Source: Flavobacteriales bacterium
Lineage (GTDB): Bacteria > Bacteroidota > Bacteroidia > Palsa-965
Direction of reading: 5' to 3'
Assembly (NCBI GenBank): GCA_040377305.1
Contig: JBEIPA010000008.1
Location: 128,001 to 192,000 of the forward strand
Length of the DNA stretch: 64,000 nt
The notes under the pieces were generated by a model. That model was not told the origin of the DNA and searched no databases. It saw only the letters and a list, made by a program, of their open reading frames with translations. Each line of letters opens with the position of its first letter. Position 1 is the first letter of the stretch. The position numbers and the translations under genes are program-made. Shown here in pieces: positions 29,205-39,359 of this stretch.

Positions 29205-30506
29205 TTACCGCGGACGATTTCCGGCGCCACCTGCGTTATTTCCACCACCACCACCAGAACCACCATTGTCTCTTCCACCATTGTTGGCAGGCGCAGGAGA
29301 ATTACCTCCATTGTTATCGCGACCACCCTGATAAGAAGGTGTAGGTTCCGGAGCTGTAGTATTGCTTGGACGACTGAAGTCTGGAGCCGGTGGTGTCTGG
29401 TCGCGTTGCTGCGAAGTACCGCCGTTCGAGAAATCAGGTGCTGCAGGAACACCGTTACCTTGCTGCTGTGTATTTGTCGTTGTTGGAACTCCATCGCGAC
29501 CCACATTCGTACTTCCTGGCTGCGCATTTGTAGGTGCATTCGCATCGCGTCCTGTATTCTGCGCTTGCGTTGCTACATACGTCTCGCGCGTTACACGATT
29601 AACGTCTTCAATAGTTGCATCCTGAATTCCATGTGATTCAGCAATAGCCGTAGTGTAGCGCTCACCAAATGCCGGACCGCCCGAACCAGCTACACGACCA
29701 TCAGTCGCTGTTGGTTGATGACGTGGACCATAGTAGTCGCTATTCTCGTCGAATGAGTTGTAGTAATAGTTGTTATTGTTGCCATTACCGTAATTGTTCC
29801 CGTTACCATAGCCGTAACCATTGCCATAGCCGTAACCATAAGGGTTATAACCATATCCATACGGATTGTACCCGTAATTGCAGTAACCACTATTCCATCC
29901 CGGATTGTAGCTGTAGTAAGGATTGTATCCCCAACCTTGGTTTGCCCATGGATCATAATATCCACCATAACCATAAGGATTGCCATAATACATTCCCGTT
30001 CCCCATGCCCAACCACTGTTGTAATAGAAGTAGGCCGATGGGCAGTAGTTATACGCGTAAGCGGAAGGTCCCCAGAAGCTGTAGCTGTTGTACAAGCTTG
30101 TTCCGTAGTAATTCGGATTCTGGTTGTAGTAGTACGAGTTCGTGTAATAGTTGTCGTAATAGTTCGTCGCAGGAGCCGAAGAATGGAAACGTCTCAGGCG
30201 TGCAGCGTATTCGTAATCGTAATAATCATCGTAGTCAAACGGCTGATCGTAATAGTCAGTACCCGGTGAAGTAGCCATTGCTTTGGCATTATTCGCCTGA
30301 ATCTGTTTTTGAGCAGCCTCTTCTTCCTTACGTTTTTGATCAGCTTCTGCTTTTTTCTTCTCAGCAGCACGTTCTTTTTTCGCGTCCTTCATTGAGAAGT
30401 ACACATCGTCCCCATCCTTCTGTTTCGAAAGATCCTTGAACGATTTGCAGGAACTATAGCCTATCAGCAATACTGAGGCTAAGAATATTTTCACGGCAGT
30501 TTTCAT
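29205..30506 (-). CDS. Lipoprotein with Tyr/Gly/Asn-rich low-complexity region
   Basis: Lipobox YSSC; DDVYF and [14 protein letters not shown] motifs; start at ATG 30506. Confidence 0.75.
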   Translation of the reverse strand: MKTAVKIFLASVLLIGYSSCKSFKDLSKQKDGDDVYFSMKDAKKERAAEKKKAEADQKRKEEEAAQKQIQANNAKAMATSPGTDYYDQPFDYDDYYDYEYAARLRRFHSSAPATNYYDNYYTNSYYYNQNPNYYGTSLYNSYSFWGPSAYAYNYCPSAYFYYNSGWAWGTGMYYGNPYGYGGYYDPWANQGWGYNPYYSYNPGWNSGYCNYGYNPYGYGYNPYGYGYGNGYGYGNGNNYGNGNNNNYYYNSFDENSDYYGPRHQPTATDGRVAGSGGPAFGERYTTAIAESHGIQDATIEDVNRVTRETYVATQAQNTGRDANAPTNAQPGSTNVGRDGVPTTTNTQQQGNGVPAAPDFSNGGTSQQRDQTPPAPDFSRPSNTTAPEPTPSYQGGRDNNGGNSPAPANNGGRDNGGSGGGGGNNAGGAGNRPR

Positions 30507-30620
30507 TTGGATCAGATTACCTTTGAAATTCAGCAAATTCGCACAGGGGATGATAATGTGCTATTTTTGCATTCTATTCTAGTAAAGTTACAAAAATCAT
30601 TCCAAAAAACACCCGGATTT

Positions 30621-32102
30621 ATGTCCAAGATATTGACAAGCCGCAGTCAGGATTACAGCCAATGGTACAATGATATTGTCATGAAAGCTGACCTTGCCGA
30701 CCATTCTGCCGTCCGTGGCTGTATGGTCATTAAACCAAGCGGCTATGCTGTATGGGAAATGATGCAACAGGCGCTGGACAAGATGTTTAAGGACACAGGA
30801 CATGTCAATGCATACTTCCCGTTATTAATCCCGAAATCTTTCCTGAGCAAGGAAGCAAAACACGTTGCCGGATTTGCTCAGGAATGTGCTGTTGTAACAC
30901 ATCATCGCCTGAAAACAGTTGGCGATACTCCTGAAACACGTCAGGTGGTTGTTGACGAGACTTCAAAGCTGGAAGAAGAACTGATAATTCGTCCGACTTC
31001 GGAAACCATCATCTGGAATACATACCGCGACTGGATCAAAAGCCACCGCGATCTGCCTTTGCTCATTAACCAGTGGGCAAACGTAGTTCGCTGGGAAATG
31101 CGCACGCGTTTGTTTCTTCGTACTGCAGAATTTCTCTGGCAGGAAGGTCACACTGCGCACGCAACCAAAGCAGAAGCGATAGAAGAAACAGAAAAAATGC
31201 TTGGCGTGTATTCCGATTTTGCGGAACAGTTCATGGCTATCCCGGTGATACGCGGAATTAAGACGGAGAGTGAACGTTTTGCAGGAGCAGAAGAAACCTA
31301 TTGCATCGAAGCATTGATGCAGGACGGAAAAGCTTTGCAGGCGGGAACATCCCATTTCCTTGGACAAAATTTTGCAAAGGCATTCGAAGTGAAGTTTGCA
31401 AATAGCGAGAACAAGCTCGAGTACGTTTGGGCAACCTCCTGGGGTGTTTCAACACGTTTAATGGGTGCGCTCATTATGAGTCACTCCGATGATAACGGAT
31501 TGGTTCTTCCGCCGAAGCTGGCTCCTACACAGGTAGTGATCGTTCCGATTTTCAAAACCGATGAGGAGCGTGCTGCTATTGGAGAAGCTGCTGAAAAGAT
31601 CATGCTGGAACTGCGTGCGAAAAACATCACGGTGAAATTTGACAAGCGCGACAAAGAACGTCCGGGCTACAAGTTTGCAGAACATGAGTTGCGCGGAATT
31701 CCTGTGCGACTTGGAATCGGACCAAAAGACCTTGCCAACGGCAGCGTGGAAATGGCTCGTCGCGACACACTGACTAAGGAAGTAGTTCCGATGGATGGTC
31801 TTGCTGACCGCATTGCGACGATGCTGGAAGATATTCAGTCATCACTATATAAGAGAGCACTTGAACGTCGGGAAGCAATGAGTCACTACGTAAATACGTG
31901 GGAAGAATTCGAAGCGGCCCTCGACAAAGGCGGATTCATTTTCGCTCACTGGGACGGAACAGCTGCCACTGAAGCCAAGATTAAAGAAAGAACGAAAGCG
32001 ACCATTCGCTGTATTCCTTTGAACAACAAACAGGAAGAAGGAAAATGTATTCTTACCGGTGCGCCTTCGAAAGAACGCGTTGTATTTGCACGCGCGTACT
32101 AA
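30621..32102 (+). CDS. proS: Proline--tRNA ligase (archaeal/eukaryotic type)
   Basis: [40 protein letters not shown] end. Confidence 0.97.
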   Translation: MSKILTSRSQDYSQWYNDIVMKADLADHSAVRGCMVIKPSGYAVWEMMQQALDKMFKDTGHVNAYFPLLIPKSFLSKEAKHVAGFAQECAVVTHHRLKTVGDTPETRQVVVDETSKLEEELIIRPTSETIIWNTYRDWIKSHRDLPLLINQWANVVRWEMRTRLFLRTAEFLWQEGHTAHATKAEAIEETEKMLGVYSDFAEQFMAIPVIRGIKTESERFAGAEETYCIEALMQDGKALQAGTSHFLGQNFAKAFEVKFANSENKLEYVWATSWGVSTRLMGALIMSHSDDNGLVLPPKLAPTQVVIVPIFKTDEERAAIGEAAEKIMLELRAKNITVKFDKRDKERPGYKFAEHELRGIPVRLGIGPKDLANGSVEMARRDTLTKEVVPMDGLADRIATMLEDIQSSLYKRALERREAMSHYVNTWEEFEAALDKGGFIFAHWDGTAATEAKIKERTKATIRCIPLNNKQEEGKCILTGAPSKERVVFARAY

Positions 32103-32133
32103 ACCTTAAAGGTTTTTAAAACCTTTAAGGTTT
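32101..32133. repeat. 33-bp REP-like palindrome, copy 1
   Basis: AAACCTTAAAGGTTTT-T-AAAACCTTTAAGGTTT overlapping the proS stop. Confidence 0.85.
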
Positions 32134-32157
32134 AACCGCGCAAACACACCCCATCGT

Positions 32158-32841
32158 ATGCCGACAACAAACGAAATGATCCTGAAAGTCCTCAAAGAGA
32201 AATCTTCCCTTAAGCAGGACGTATTCGCCAAGAACCTTGCTGTCTTCAAGACGCTGAAAGAAGTGTGCCGCGATCTGGCGAAAGAACTCAAACCCAAGGC
32301 CAACGAAATCGACAAGCGTCTGGTCGTTGAATTCAAAGACAAGAGCGAGTTTGAATTCGAAATGCGCGTTGCCGGCGATGTACTCGTCTTCAGCATGCAC
32401 ACCAACGTGTTTGAGTTCGATTCAAGTCACCAGATGTGGAAGTCCTCGTATGTCCGCGATAATGAATCGGCTTCCTATTGCGGGATGATCAACATTTACA
32501 ACTTCCTCGCCGATTCGTTTAAGTATAGCCGCAGCAATGACCTTGGATACCTGGTGGCACGCATCTTCGTGAACTATGAAGATCACTTCTTTGTGGAAGG
32601 TAAACGTCAGCTCGGATTCCTTTACAATGACTTCCAGAACAGCGTGGTTAGCCGGGAGCAGCTTCTCAATATTGTGGAGTCGGCAATTCTTTACTGTCTG
32701 GATTTCGACCTCTTCACGCCACCATTCGACGAGGTCAAGGTGATCAGTCTCGGCCAGGTTGAAGAAGCCAGCGCCATGATGTCTGTAAAGACCGGTAAGC
32801 GCCTCGGATTCCGTTTTCAGGCCGACACTGACCTTGAGTAG
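32158..32841 (+). CDS. Conserved-looking hypothetical protein
   Basis: 227-aa ORF with strong codon bias; MHTNVF, HFFVEGKRQLGFLY, TGKRLGFRF motifs. Confidence 0.75.
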   Translation: MPTTNEMILKVLKEKSSLKQDVFAKNLAVFKTLKEVCRDLAKELKPKANEIDKRLVVEFKDKSEFEFEMRVAGDVLVFSMHTNVFEFDSSHQMWKSSYVRDNESASYCGMINIYNFLADSFKYSRSNDLGYLVARIFVNYEDHFFVEGKRQLGFLYNDFQNSVVSREQLLNIVESAILYCLDFDLFTPPFDEVKVISLGQVEEASAMMSVKTGKRLGFRFQADTDLE

Positions 32842-32939
32842 CCAACAAAAATTAAAATCGCTCTACGGCCATTTCTGGAAGTCGCAATATTTTGTGGGCA
32901 ACCTCGTGTTTGATTTTTTGTTGGAATTAAAAAAACAGC

Positions 32940-32947
32940 TACATTTG
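32940..32947 (+). promoter_or_regulatory. -7 promoter element for tRNA-Glu
   Basis: TACATTTG with TTG about 20 nt upstream. Confidence 0.65.
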
Positions 32948-32989
32948 CGCTCCCTAATTAAAAAAAGGGAGTCGTTCTTACAAAAAATT

Positions 32990-33064
32990 GGCCCGTTCGT
33001 CTAGGGGTTAGGACAGCAGATTTTCATTCTGTAAACAGGGGTTCGATTCCCCTACGGGCTACCA
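32990..33064 (+). tRNA. tRNA-Glu (anticodon TTC), CCA encoded
   Basis: Acceptor GGCCCGT/ACGGGCT, anticodon arm GCAGA-TTTTCAT-TCTGT, T-arm GGTTCGATTCC, 3' ACCA. Confidence 0.97.
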
Positions 33065-33066
33065 CG

Positions 33067-33096
33067 AAAGCCGCTCTCTTCTGAGCGGCTTTTTTT
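33067..33096 (+). terminator. Terminator after tRNA
   Basis: AAAGCCGCTC-TCTTCT-GAGCGGCTTTTTTT. Confidence 0.85.
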
Positions 33097-33111
33097 CATT
33101 TTCTGCATTTC

Positions 33112-33363
33112 GGTTTTCATTGACACCACCCTCTGTATCCCTTGCTGCATAAGGCTTTCAGAGGCGCGACCATTTTTACCAATGAAAAAATCCGGTTTGC
33201 CTTCGTCACAACAGCGAAGTAGAAAAATCTCCATTGGGGAGCAGGATTTTTTCATTGAGAAGTTGCTTTTCTGACACACAAAAACAGCGACTTTTTTCAT
33301 TGGTAAACCGTACTTTTTCATTGGAGACCGGAACGGCTGAAAAGTGTTTCTCCAATGAAAAAA
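33112..33363. repeat. Dispersed TTTTTCATTGG motif cluster
   Basis: Seven copies in both orientations; CATTG cores at 33118, 33232, 33253, 33298, 33319; CAATG at 33180, 33353. Confidence 0.55.
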
Positions 33364-33518
33364 GACACCTAAGAGCGGTTTTCAGAAGAGAAAAATCAAA
33401 AAAGTTTTCAATACTCTAAGAGAAGAAACGGTTGATAACATTCTACGTTCTCCTATTGTGCGCTATAGAGTAGAAACTATTTTTGACTCAACACTTAACT
33501 AATTAATCAAAAGTAACC

Positions 33519-33869
33519 ATGGCTAAAAAAGCAGCTAAGAAAAAAGCAGCTCCTAAGAAGGCAGCAGCTAAGAAAAAGGCAGCGCCTAAAAAGGCAGCAG
33601 CAAAAAAGAAAACAGCACGGAAACCAAATCCTGCGTTCATGAAGCCTTTGACTGCATCTGCAGCACTCGCTGAAGTAATCGGAAGCAAGCCGATGCCACG
33701 TACTGAGATCGTTTCTCAGATCTGGAAGTACATCAAGAAGAACGGTCTTCAGGACAAAAAGAATCGCCGCATGATCAATGCTGACGCGAAACTGAAGCCA
33801 GTATTCGGAAGCAAGTCGCAAATCTCTATGTTCGAGCTTGCGAAAGTTGTTTCTAAGCACGTGAAATAA
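33519..33869 (+). CDS. SWIB/MDM2-domain protein with histone H1-like Lys/Ala-rich N-terminus
   Basis: KKAAPKKAAAK repeats; FMKPL..SAALAEVIG...RTEIVSQIWKYIKKNGLQD...INADAKL. Confidence 0.92.
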   Translation: MAKKAAKKKAAPKKAAAKKKAAPKKAAAKKKTARKPNPAFMKPLTASAALAEVIGSKPMPRTEIVSQIWKYIKKNGLQDKKNRRMINADAKLKPVFGSKSQISMFELAKVVSKHVK

Positions 33870-33885
33870 GCCTTAACAGGTTATT

Positions 33886-33922
33886 AAAAAAAGGGTTTTC
33901 TCTTCGGAGGAGACCCTTTTTT
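33886..33922 (+). terminator. Rho-independent terminator
   Basis: AAGGGTTTTCTC-TTCG-GAGGAGACCCTTTTTT with UUCG loop. Confidence 0.85.
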
Positions 33923-33950
33923 CTTTTGGGGCCAACAGCGAACTTCGGTC

Positions 33951-34047
33951 GGGGCATTAGGGCATTAGGGTATTTAGGTTAGAAATCGTTTTCAATTTGT
34001 GTTGCCCATTTGCCACAATGCCCTAATGCCTTAATGCCTCATTCCCT
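33951..34047. repeat. Octamer-based inverted repeat element (GGGCATTA family)
   Basis: GGGGCATTAGGGCATTAGGGTATT versus AATGCCCTAATGCCTTAATGCCTC. Confidence 0.75.
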
Positions 34048-34058
34048 ATCTTCGTTCT

Positions 34059-35471
34059 ATGGAATGGATCTCCATTATACTTTCTGTTTTGTGTCTTCTC
34101 GCGCTTGTGGTTCTCCTCGTGCGCAAGAACAATTCCTCCACAGAAGGAATCGCTTCCTTATTAAAGGACAATCGCCAGGAGGTTATGCAGCAATTGAAGG
34201 AAAACCGAACGGAACTGAACCAGACCATTGGGGAATTCCGGAAAGAACTCACCGAATCAATGGGTGGACTTTCGAAACAACAACGCGAATCGCTCGACAA
34301 ACTCGAAGAGAAATTCAAGACACTTACTGATAAGAACGACGCTCAACTCGAGAAAGTGAATACCAAGCTCGAGGAGAAACTGGCGGATGTTACTAATCAA
34401 ACCAGAAGCGAGAATAAGCTTTTGAAAGAATCGCAGGAGAAATCGCTGAAGGAATTCCAGGGCAGCTTCGATAAAAACGTACAGTCGTTTAATGACTTGC
34501 AACGTGAGAAGTTCGCTCAGATGGAAAACCAACAGAAGGAAATGGTGCAGCTGACAGAGAAGAAACTCGAAGAAATGCGGGTGACTGTTGATGAGAAGTT
34601 GCAGAAGACATTAAATGAGCGAATCAGTCAGTCGTTCGAACAGGTGAGCAAACACCTGGAGAACGTACAGAAAGGTTTGGGCGAAATGCAAACGCTTGCG
34701 CAGGATGTTGGCGGACTGAAGAAAGTCCTGAGCAATGTGAAAATGCGTGGAGGTATAGGTGAAGTTCAGTTGGCCATGCTGCTAGAACAGATTCTCGCTC
34801 CTGAGCAATACGAAGCGAATGTGAAAACGAAGAAAGGTTCTTCCGAACTCGTGGAATTCGCAATCAAGCTTCCGGGAAAAGAAGAAGACGGTTCTCAGGT
34901 CTGGCTTCCTGTCGATGCGAAATTTCCACAAGACATGTACGCGAAACTGCAGGAAGCATACGATGTTGGTGATGTCGCTATTATTGAACGGGAAGGAAAA
35001 GCGTTGGAGAATACAGTTCGCGTGATGGCGAAAGACATCCGCGATAAATACCTCGATCCTCCGGGCACAACAGATTTCGCAATCATGTTTCTGCCCTTCG
35101 AAGGAATTTACGCAGAGATTATTCGTCGCTCAGGATTTGTAGACATGCTCATGCGTGACTATAAAGTCGTAATCACCGGACCAACTACTTTCGCAGCCAT
35201 ACTTAATAGTCTGCAGATGGGCTTCCGCACACTCGCAATTCAGAAACGTAGCGGTGAAGTTTGGGAAGTTCTGAAAGCTGTAAAAACGGAATTCGGAAAC
35301 TTCAGCACCGTTCTCCAAAAAGCGCAGAAGAATATTCAGGACGCAAACGACGAAATTGAAAAACTCGTCACTACACGCACACGAAAAATTCAACTTCGTT
35401 TACAGGATGTCGAGAAACTCAGCAATGAGGATGCGACCAAGGTTATCGGCGCCAGCGAACCCGAACCATGA
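34059..35471 (+). CDS. rmuC: DNA recombination protein RmuC
   Basis: N-terminal TM, coiled coil, RGGIGEVQL, PVDAKFP, TTDFAIMFLPFEG. Confidence 0.93.
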   Translation: MEWISIILSVLCLLALVVLLVRKNNSSTEGIASLLKDNRQEVMQQLKENRTELNQTIGEFRKELTESMGGLSKQQRESLDKLEEKFKTLTDKNDAQLEKVNTKLEEKLADVTNQTRSENKLLKESQEKSLKEFQGSFDKNVQSFNDLQREKFAQMENQQKEMVQLTEKKLEEMRVTVDEKLQKTLNERISQSFEQVSKHLENVQKGLGEMQTLAQDVGGLKKVLSNVKMRGGIGEVQLAMLLEQILAPEQYEANVKTKKGSSELVEFAIKLPGKEEDGSQVWLPVDAKFPQDMYAKLQEAYDVGDVAIIEREGKALENTVRVMAKDIRDKYLDPPGTTDFAIMFLPFEGIYAEIIRRSGFVDMLMRDYKVVITGPTTFAAILNSLQMGFRTLAIQKRSGEVWEVLKAVKTEFGNFSTVLQKAQKNIQDANDEIEKLVTTRTRKIQLRLQDVEKLSNEDATKVIGASEPEP

Positions 35472-35557
35472 TGAGATGATTGGATTATAAAATGATCGGA
35501 TTATATTAGTGGTGCTAACCCAATCCTATCATCCAATCATCAGAGCATCCCATCATC
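35469..35557. repeat. 8-9-mer inverted repeat element (ATGATTGGAT family)
   Basis: TGATGAGATGATTGGAT...ATGATCGGAT versus ATCCTATCATCCAATCATC...ATCCCATCATC. Confidence 0.65.
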
Positions 35558-36553
35558 ATGAGCAAACTCATCTTAACCGCCGACGACTACGGTGCCTGCA
35601 ATTACATCGATAGCGGCATCATTAAAGCACTGAAAGAACGCCGATTGAATTCCGTTGCTGCGTTTGTTTGCTTTCCCGATTCTCACGATCGTATTGAGCA
35701 ATTGGTGAAACTTCGGAAAGACGAAGGGCTGAGCTTTGGAATCGGTTTGCACTTTTCCGCAACAGCGGGTTTTCCATTAACAGCAGCAAAAACTTTGCGT
35801 AGAGATGCGAATAATCCCGCTTCTCCGTTCAAAGGTCCTGATACATTCTTCGACGGCACGAATTATAATCGCGATGAGCTGAGTGGTGAAATTGAAGCAC
35901 AAGTTCATGCGCTGGAAGCAATTCTGCAGGACGCCGGGTACGACAAGAATTCCAGGCAGATTGATTCTCTGTCGAATCATCACGGCGTTGTGTATATCGA
36001 CAACAAATTATTCCGTGATTACATTCGACTTGCAGAATTCTTTGCGATTCCGATCCGCAGTCCGCAACCGTGGAGCACATCGAAGCTTAAGAAAATGAAC
36101 TTCGATGGGAAGATATTCAATGCTGCTGTGCGTGAAGGTATGAAGCTTGGATTTCTCCAGCGATTCTGGTCGGCACCCGGATCAAAAGGTCGTGTAAAAC
36201 TTGCTGATGAACGCGGACTTTTGTTTCCGTACTGCTTGCTCGACGAGTTTTATGGTCAGCCGAGTGCGGGATACCTGCAATACCTGCTGAACAATTACAC
36301 GTCGAAAACATTTGCATCGGAATTCATGTTTCATCTTGGTGATCCTGCTTTGCGCCACGAGATGCATGCGTTGAAAAATGCCGGCACCGATGATAAAGTT
36401 CTGCCCGGAATTAACTTCGCGTACTTCGATAGTCGTGAACGTGAACTGGCGGAGTTGGTTTCTACTCCACTTCCATCGTTGGTGAAGAACAACAAGATTA
36501 CGCTGTGTACGTTCCGGGATCTGGATGTTGATGATTCTCTCGAACCGAGATAA
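35558..36553 (+). CDS. ChbG/HpnK (YdjC) family deacetylase
   Basis: LILTADDYG, IGLHF, EIEAQ, NHHG, EFMFHLG, RERELAEL. Confidence 0.8.
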   Translation: MSKLILTADDYGACNYIDSGIIKALKERRLNSVAAFVCFPDSHDRIEQLVKLRKDEGLSFGIGLHFSATAGFPLTAAKTLRRDANNPASPFKGPDTFFDGTNYNRDELSGEIEAQVHALEAILQDAGYDKNSRQIDSLSNHHGVVYIDNKLFRDYIRLAEFFAIPIRSPQPWSTSKLKKMNFDGKIFNAAVREGMKLGFLQRFWSAPGSKGRVKLADERGLLFPYCLLDEFYGQPSAGYLQYLLNNYTSKTFASEFMFHLGDPALRHEMHALKNAGTDDKVLPGINFAYFDSRERELAELVSTPLPSLVKNNKITLCTFRDLDVDDSLEPR

Positions 36554-36560
36554 AATATTC

Positions 36561-36686
36561 AGCACAACGTTCACGAAGACACAAAGAAATTCCTTCTGAG
36601 AACCTGAATCGTGGCCTTCTTGTGAGAACCTAGATCTTCATGGTCAATAACCACAAAGGCGCAGAGACGCAAAGGACCGCAAAGAA
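36561..36686. repeat. Degenerate CACAAAG/CGCAAAG-periodic repeat between convergent genes
   Basis: AGCACAACGTTCACGAAGACACAAAG and AACCACAAAGGCGCAGAGACGCAAAGGACCGCAAAG. Confidence 0.45.
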
Positions 36687-37544
36687 TTAAATGTGCTGTT
36701 CCGCGTGATATGAACTTCTCACCAGCGGTCCGCTCTCCACATAACGAATTCCGATTTCCAAACCGATTCGCTTGTAGAGTGCAAATTTTTCCGGATGCAC
36801 GAATGCCTTCACCGGCAAATGCTTTTTGGTTGGTTGTAAGTACTGACCGATCGTCATAACGTCAACGCCAACCCTGTGAAGGTCATGCATGGTCTCGAAA
36901 ACTTCTTCGTCAGTTTCTCCGAGTCCAACCATGATTCCGGATTTTGTTCTGCAACCACCGTCGTGCAAGTATTTCAACACGGCAAGACTGCGATCGTATT
37001 TCGCCTGGATGCGAACTTGTTTTGTAAGGCGTCGAACTGTCTCCATATTGTGAGAAACAATCTCAGGCTTTACATCAACAATGTTCTGCACGTTATGCAT
37101 TTCTCCCTTGAAATCGGGAATCAAAGTTTCGAGTGTTGTTCCCGGACTCACGCGACGCACTGCACGAATTGTTTCTGCCCAGATTTCGCTTCCGCCATCT
37201 TTCAGATCATCGCGATCAACAGAAGTGATGACACAATGTTTCACTTCCATGAGCTTCACCGATTCTGCAACACGTTCCGGTTCTTTCCAATCGGCAGCAA
37301 GCGGACGACCTGTTGCAACTGCACAGAAGCCGCATGAACGCGTACAGATATTGCCGAGAATCATAAACGTTGCGGTGCCTGCGCCCCAGCATTCGCCCAT
37401 GTTCGGACAATTTCCACTCTCACAAATTGTATGAAGTTTGTGGTCCTCAACGAGCTTGCGAACCTTGAGATAACTCTCTCCGGTTGGCAATTTAACTCTG
37501 AGCCAGTCTGGTTTTTTGATTTTTGATTCGCGTACTTCTGCCAT
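36687..37544 (-). CDS. lipA: Lipoyl synthase
   Basis: [32 protein letters not shown]. Confidence 0.97.
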   Translation of the reverse strand: MAEVRESKIKKPDWLRVKLPTGESYLKVRKLVEDHKLHTICESGNCPNMGECWGAGTATFMILGNICTRSCGFCAVATGRPLAADWKEPERVAESVKLMEVKHCVITSVDRDDLKDGGSEIWAETIRAVRRVSPGTTLETLIPDFKGEMHNVQNIVDVKPEIVSHNMETVRRLTKQVRIQAKYDRSLAVLKYLHDGGCRTKSGIMVGLGETDEEVFETMHDLHRVGVDVMTIGQYLQPTKKHLPVKAFVHPEKFALYKRIGLEIGIRYVESGPLVRSSYHAEQHI

Positions 37545-37600
37545 TTTCCTAATCTTGTTGCTTGCGAATTGTCAGACCGAGCGGAGTCGAGGGTTGACAA

Positions 37601-38371
37601 TTAAAACCACTTTCTACCCATGCTAAACTGCAAATACAGCGACATCAGAACGATCTGATCTTTATCCTGAGCCATGATTTTAACAGGAGTGATATACACG
37701 TCTGTAATGAATCCAATTTCGACTGAACGAATTTCTGTGTCGAGTGGTCCGTATTCGAAATTCAATCCCACTTTTCCGTAACCACCCGGACGAATTCCAA
37801 TTTCACCTAATCCGCGAACGAATGGTGCACGGCCGTAGATATTATCCGGATAGTGTTTGTCGGGATCGTACTTTTCCGTGACTACAAGTTTGGTTCCTGG
37901 CATTTGATTGTCGTAAAGAATTTCCAGGTAAACCGGTTTTGCAATTCCAACAGACACCCCAAAGAATGCCACGTAACGAATTTCAACTCCGTTCTTCTCC
38001 GGCTTTGTGTAAATGACATTCTGAATTCCCACACCCGTTCTGAAAATGAAGAAGCTGTTCAACTTTCCGTAGTAGTAACCTTTCGCGTTATCGTAAAACG
38101 GATTGGTCACTTTAACTTCTTTCGGGTGCTTGTAATTCGTCACGTCGAATTCCCAAATGCCTTTGCGCGCAGCAGTAACATGTTTGCAACGACGATAATT
38201 CAATCCGAATCCGTGAGAGTTGATGATAATTCCACCATTTGCTTCGTTGCGGTACAACAAGCCGGCATCTTCATACAGGTTGGCATTTGTTTGCACGATT
38301 TGCGTATCGACCTGCGCGAACAACGCGGGCGAAGCAACAATCATGAACAAAAAGAGAAGTTTAAATCTCAT
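37601..38371 (-). CDS. Hypothetical outer-membrane beta-barrel protein
   Basis: Signal peptide from ATG 38371; KHPKE...YYGKLNSF; ends GRKWF. Confidence 0.7.
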   Translation of the reverse strand: MRFKLLFLFMIVASPALFAQVDTQIVQTNANLYEDAGLLYRNEANGGIIINSHGFGLNYRRCKHVTAARKGIWEFDVTNYKHPKEVKVTNPFYDNAKGYYYGKLNSFFIFRTGVGIQNVIYTKPEKNGVEIRYVAFFGVSVGIAKPVYLEILYDNQMPGTKLVVTEKYDPDKHYPDNIYGRAPFVRGLGEIGIRPGGYGKVGLNFEYGPLDTEIRSVEIGFITDVYITPVKIMAQDKDQIVLMSLYLQFSMGRKWF

Positions 38372-38448
38372 ACAAATACCGAACTTTGCCTGCATTAGCT
38401 TACTAACAAAGTTAGCAAGAAAATTCATCGATTTTACACCCATAACTC

Positions 38449-38859
38449 ATGTCGAAAATTGCCGAAACAGAATACCTCGGAGGGCTTAGAACCTCATCCA
38501 TACATCAACGTTCGGGCCAGTTAATTATTACTGATGCTCCACCCGATAATAACGGAAGAGGTGAAGCTTTTTCCCCTACCGATCTCATGTCAACCTCGCT
38601 TGCCTGTTGCATGATGACGATTATGGGAATAGTTGCAAATCGTCACAATATCAACCTTGATGGAATGAAAGCCGACGTTTCCAAGATCATGGGTACAGAA
38701 CCAAGACGTGTGACTGAAATTGTGGTTGCTTTGAGCGTGCCGGGAAAGGATTTGACGGATAAAGACAAGCAGATATTGGAGAATGCGGCGTACACGTGTC
38801 CGGTGGCTAAAAGTCTGCATCCGGATCTGAAGCAGACTGTAAGCTTTGAGTGGATCTAA
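38449..38859 (+). CDS. OsmC family protein
   Basis: TDAPPDNNGRGEAFSPTDL...CMMTIMG...CPVAKSL. Confidence 0.92.
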   Translation: MSKIAETEYLGGLRTSSIHQRSGQLIITDAPPDNNGRGEAFSPTDLMSTSLACCMMTIMGIVANRHNINLDGMKADVSKIMGTEPRRVTEIVVALSVPGKDLTDKDKQILENAAYTCPVAKSLHPDLKQTVSFEWI

Positions 38860-39003
38860 ACACATAGAATCATAGCCCGTTATTTTCCAGCGTTAGTCAA
38901 GAATTACATAGTTCACAGGAGAATATCGCTCAAGCGATATTCTCCTGTGAACTATGATCGCGAAGCGCCTTAACACCAAGCACAAACTATGATTCTATGT
39001 GTT
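38859..39003. mobile_element. ~145-bp CATAG hairpin element, copy 2, arms B+C
   Basis: Perfect 17-bp TIR AACACATAGAATCATAG; perfect 24-bp inner stem CATAGTTCACAGGAGAATATCGCT. Confidence 0.85.
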
Positions 39004-39006
39004 AAT

Positions 39007-39035
39007 AAAAAAGCCCTCCGGTCTGGAAGGCTTTT
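39007..39035. terminator. Terminator (likely for the small minus-strand lipoprotein gene)
   Basis: AAAAAAGCCCTCC-GGTCT-GGAAGGCTTTT. Confidence 0.65.
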
Positions 39036-39053
39036 CATCAAGAATGAACTTGA

Positions 39054-39182
39054 TTAAGAATTTCTCTGCTCAGCTTTAGAGCTAGTTGAAGTGTATGCCT
39101 CACACTTTTCTTTGCTCTTGCATGATGAAACAGAAACAGCAATCACGAAAAGAGCAAGAGCTGTGATGAATACATTTTTCAT
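39054..39182 (-). CDS. 42-aa small lipoprotein absent from the ORF track
   Basis: MKNVFITALALFVIAVSVSSCKSKEKCEAYTSTSSKAEQRNS*: signal peptide II with lipobox VSSC; own terminator. Confidence 0.75.
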   Translation of the reverse strand: MKNVFITALALFVIAVSVSSCKSKEKCEAYTSTSSKAEQRNS

Positions 39183-39359
39183 TTTCCTCGGGTTAGTTGT
39201 TTTGTATGTGTTTGCAAATACCGTGCAAATTTACGCCGAATCATGTTACTACATGAATTATAAATGCGATTTTTTATTCACACGCATAAAAATTACATTT
39301 ACTACCCTTTTTGGGGCATTTTATATACGGAGTTTTATCATTTAAGATTTTATCAGATC

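Noticed and set aside
29669-30274. Cys/His/Ser-rich 201-aa ORF resembling a metal-binding protein
   Set aside because: Antisense reading of the Tyr/Gly/Asn low-complexity region of the lipoprotein gene.
32990-33500. Genomic island integrated at tRNA-Glu
   Set aside because: No integrase and no duplicated tRNA 3' end. The CCCCTAC(A)GGGC similarity at 41621 is short and belongs to a palindromic element.
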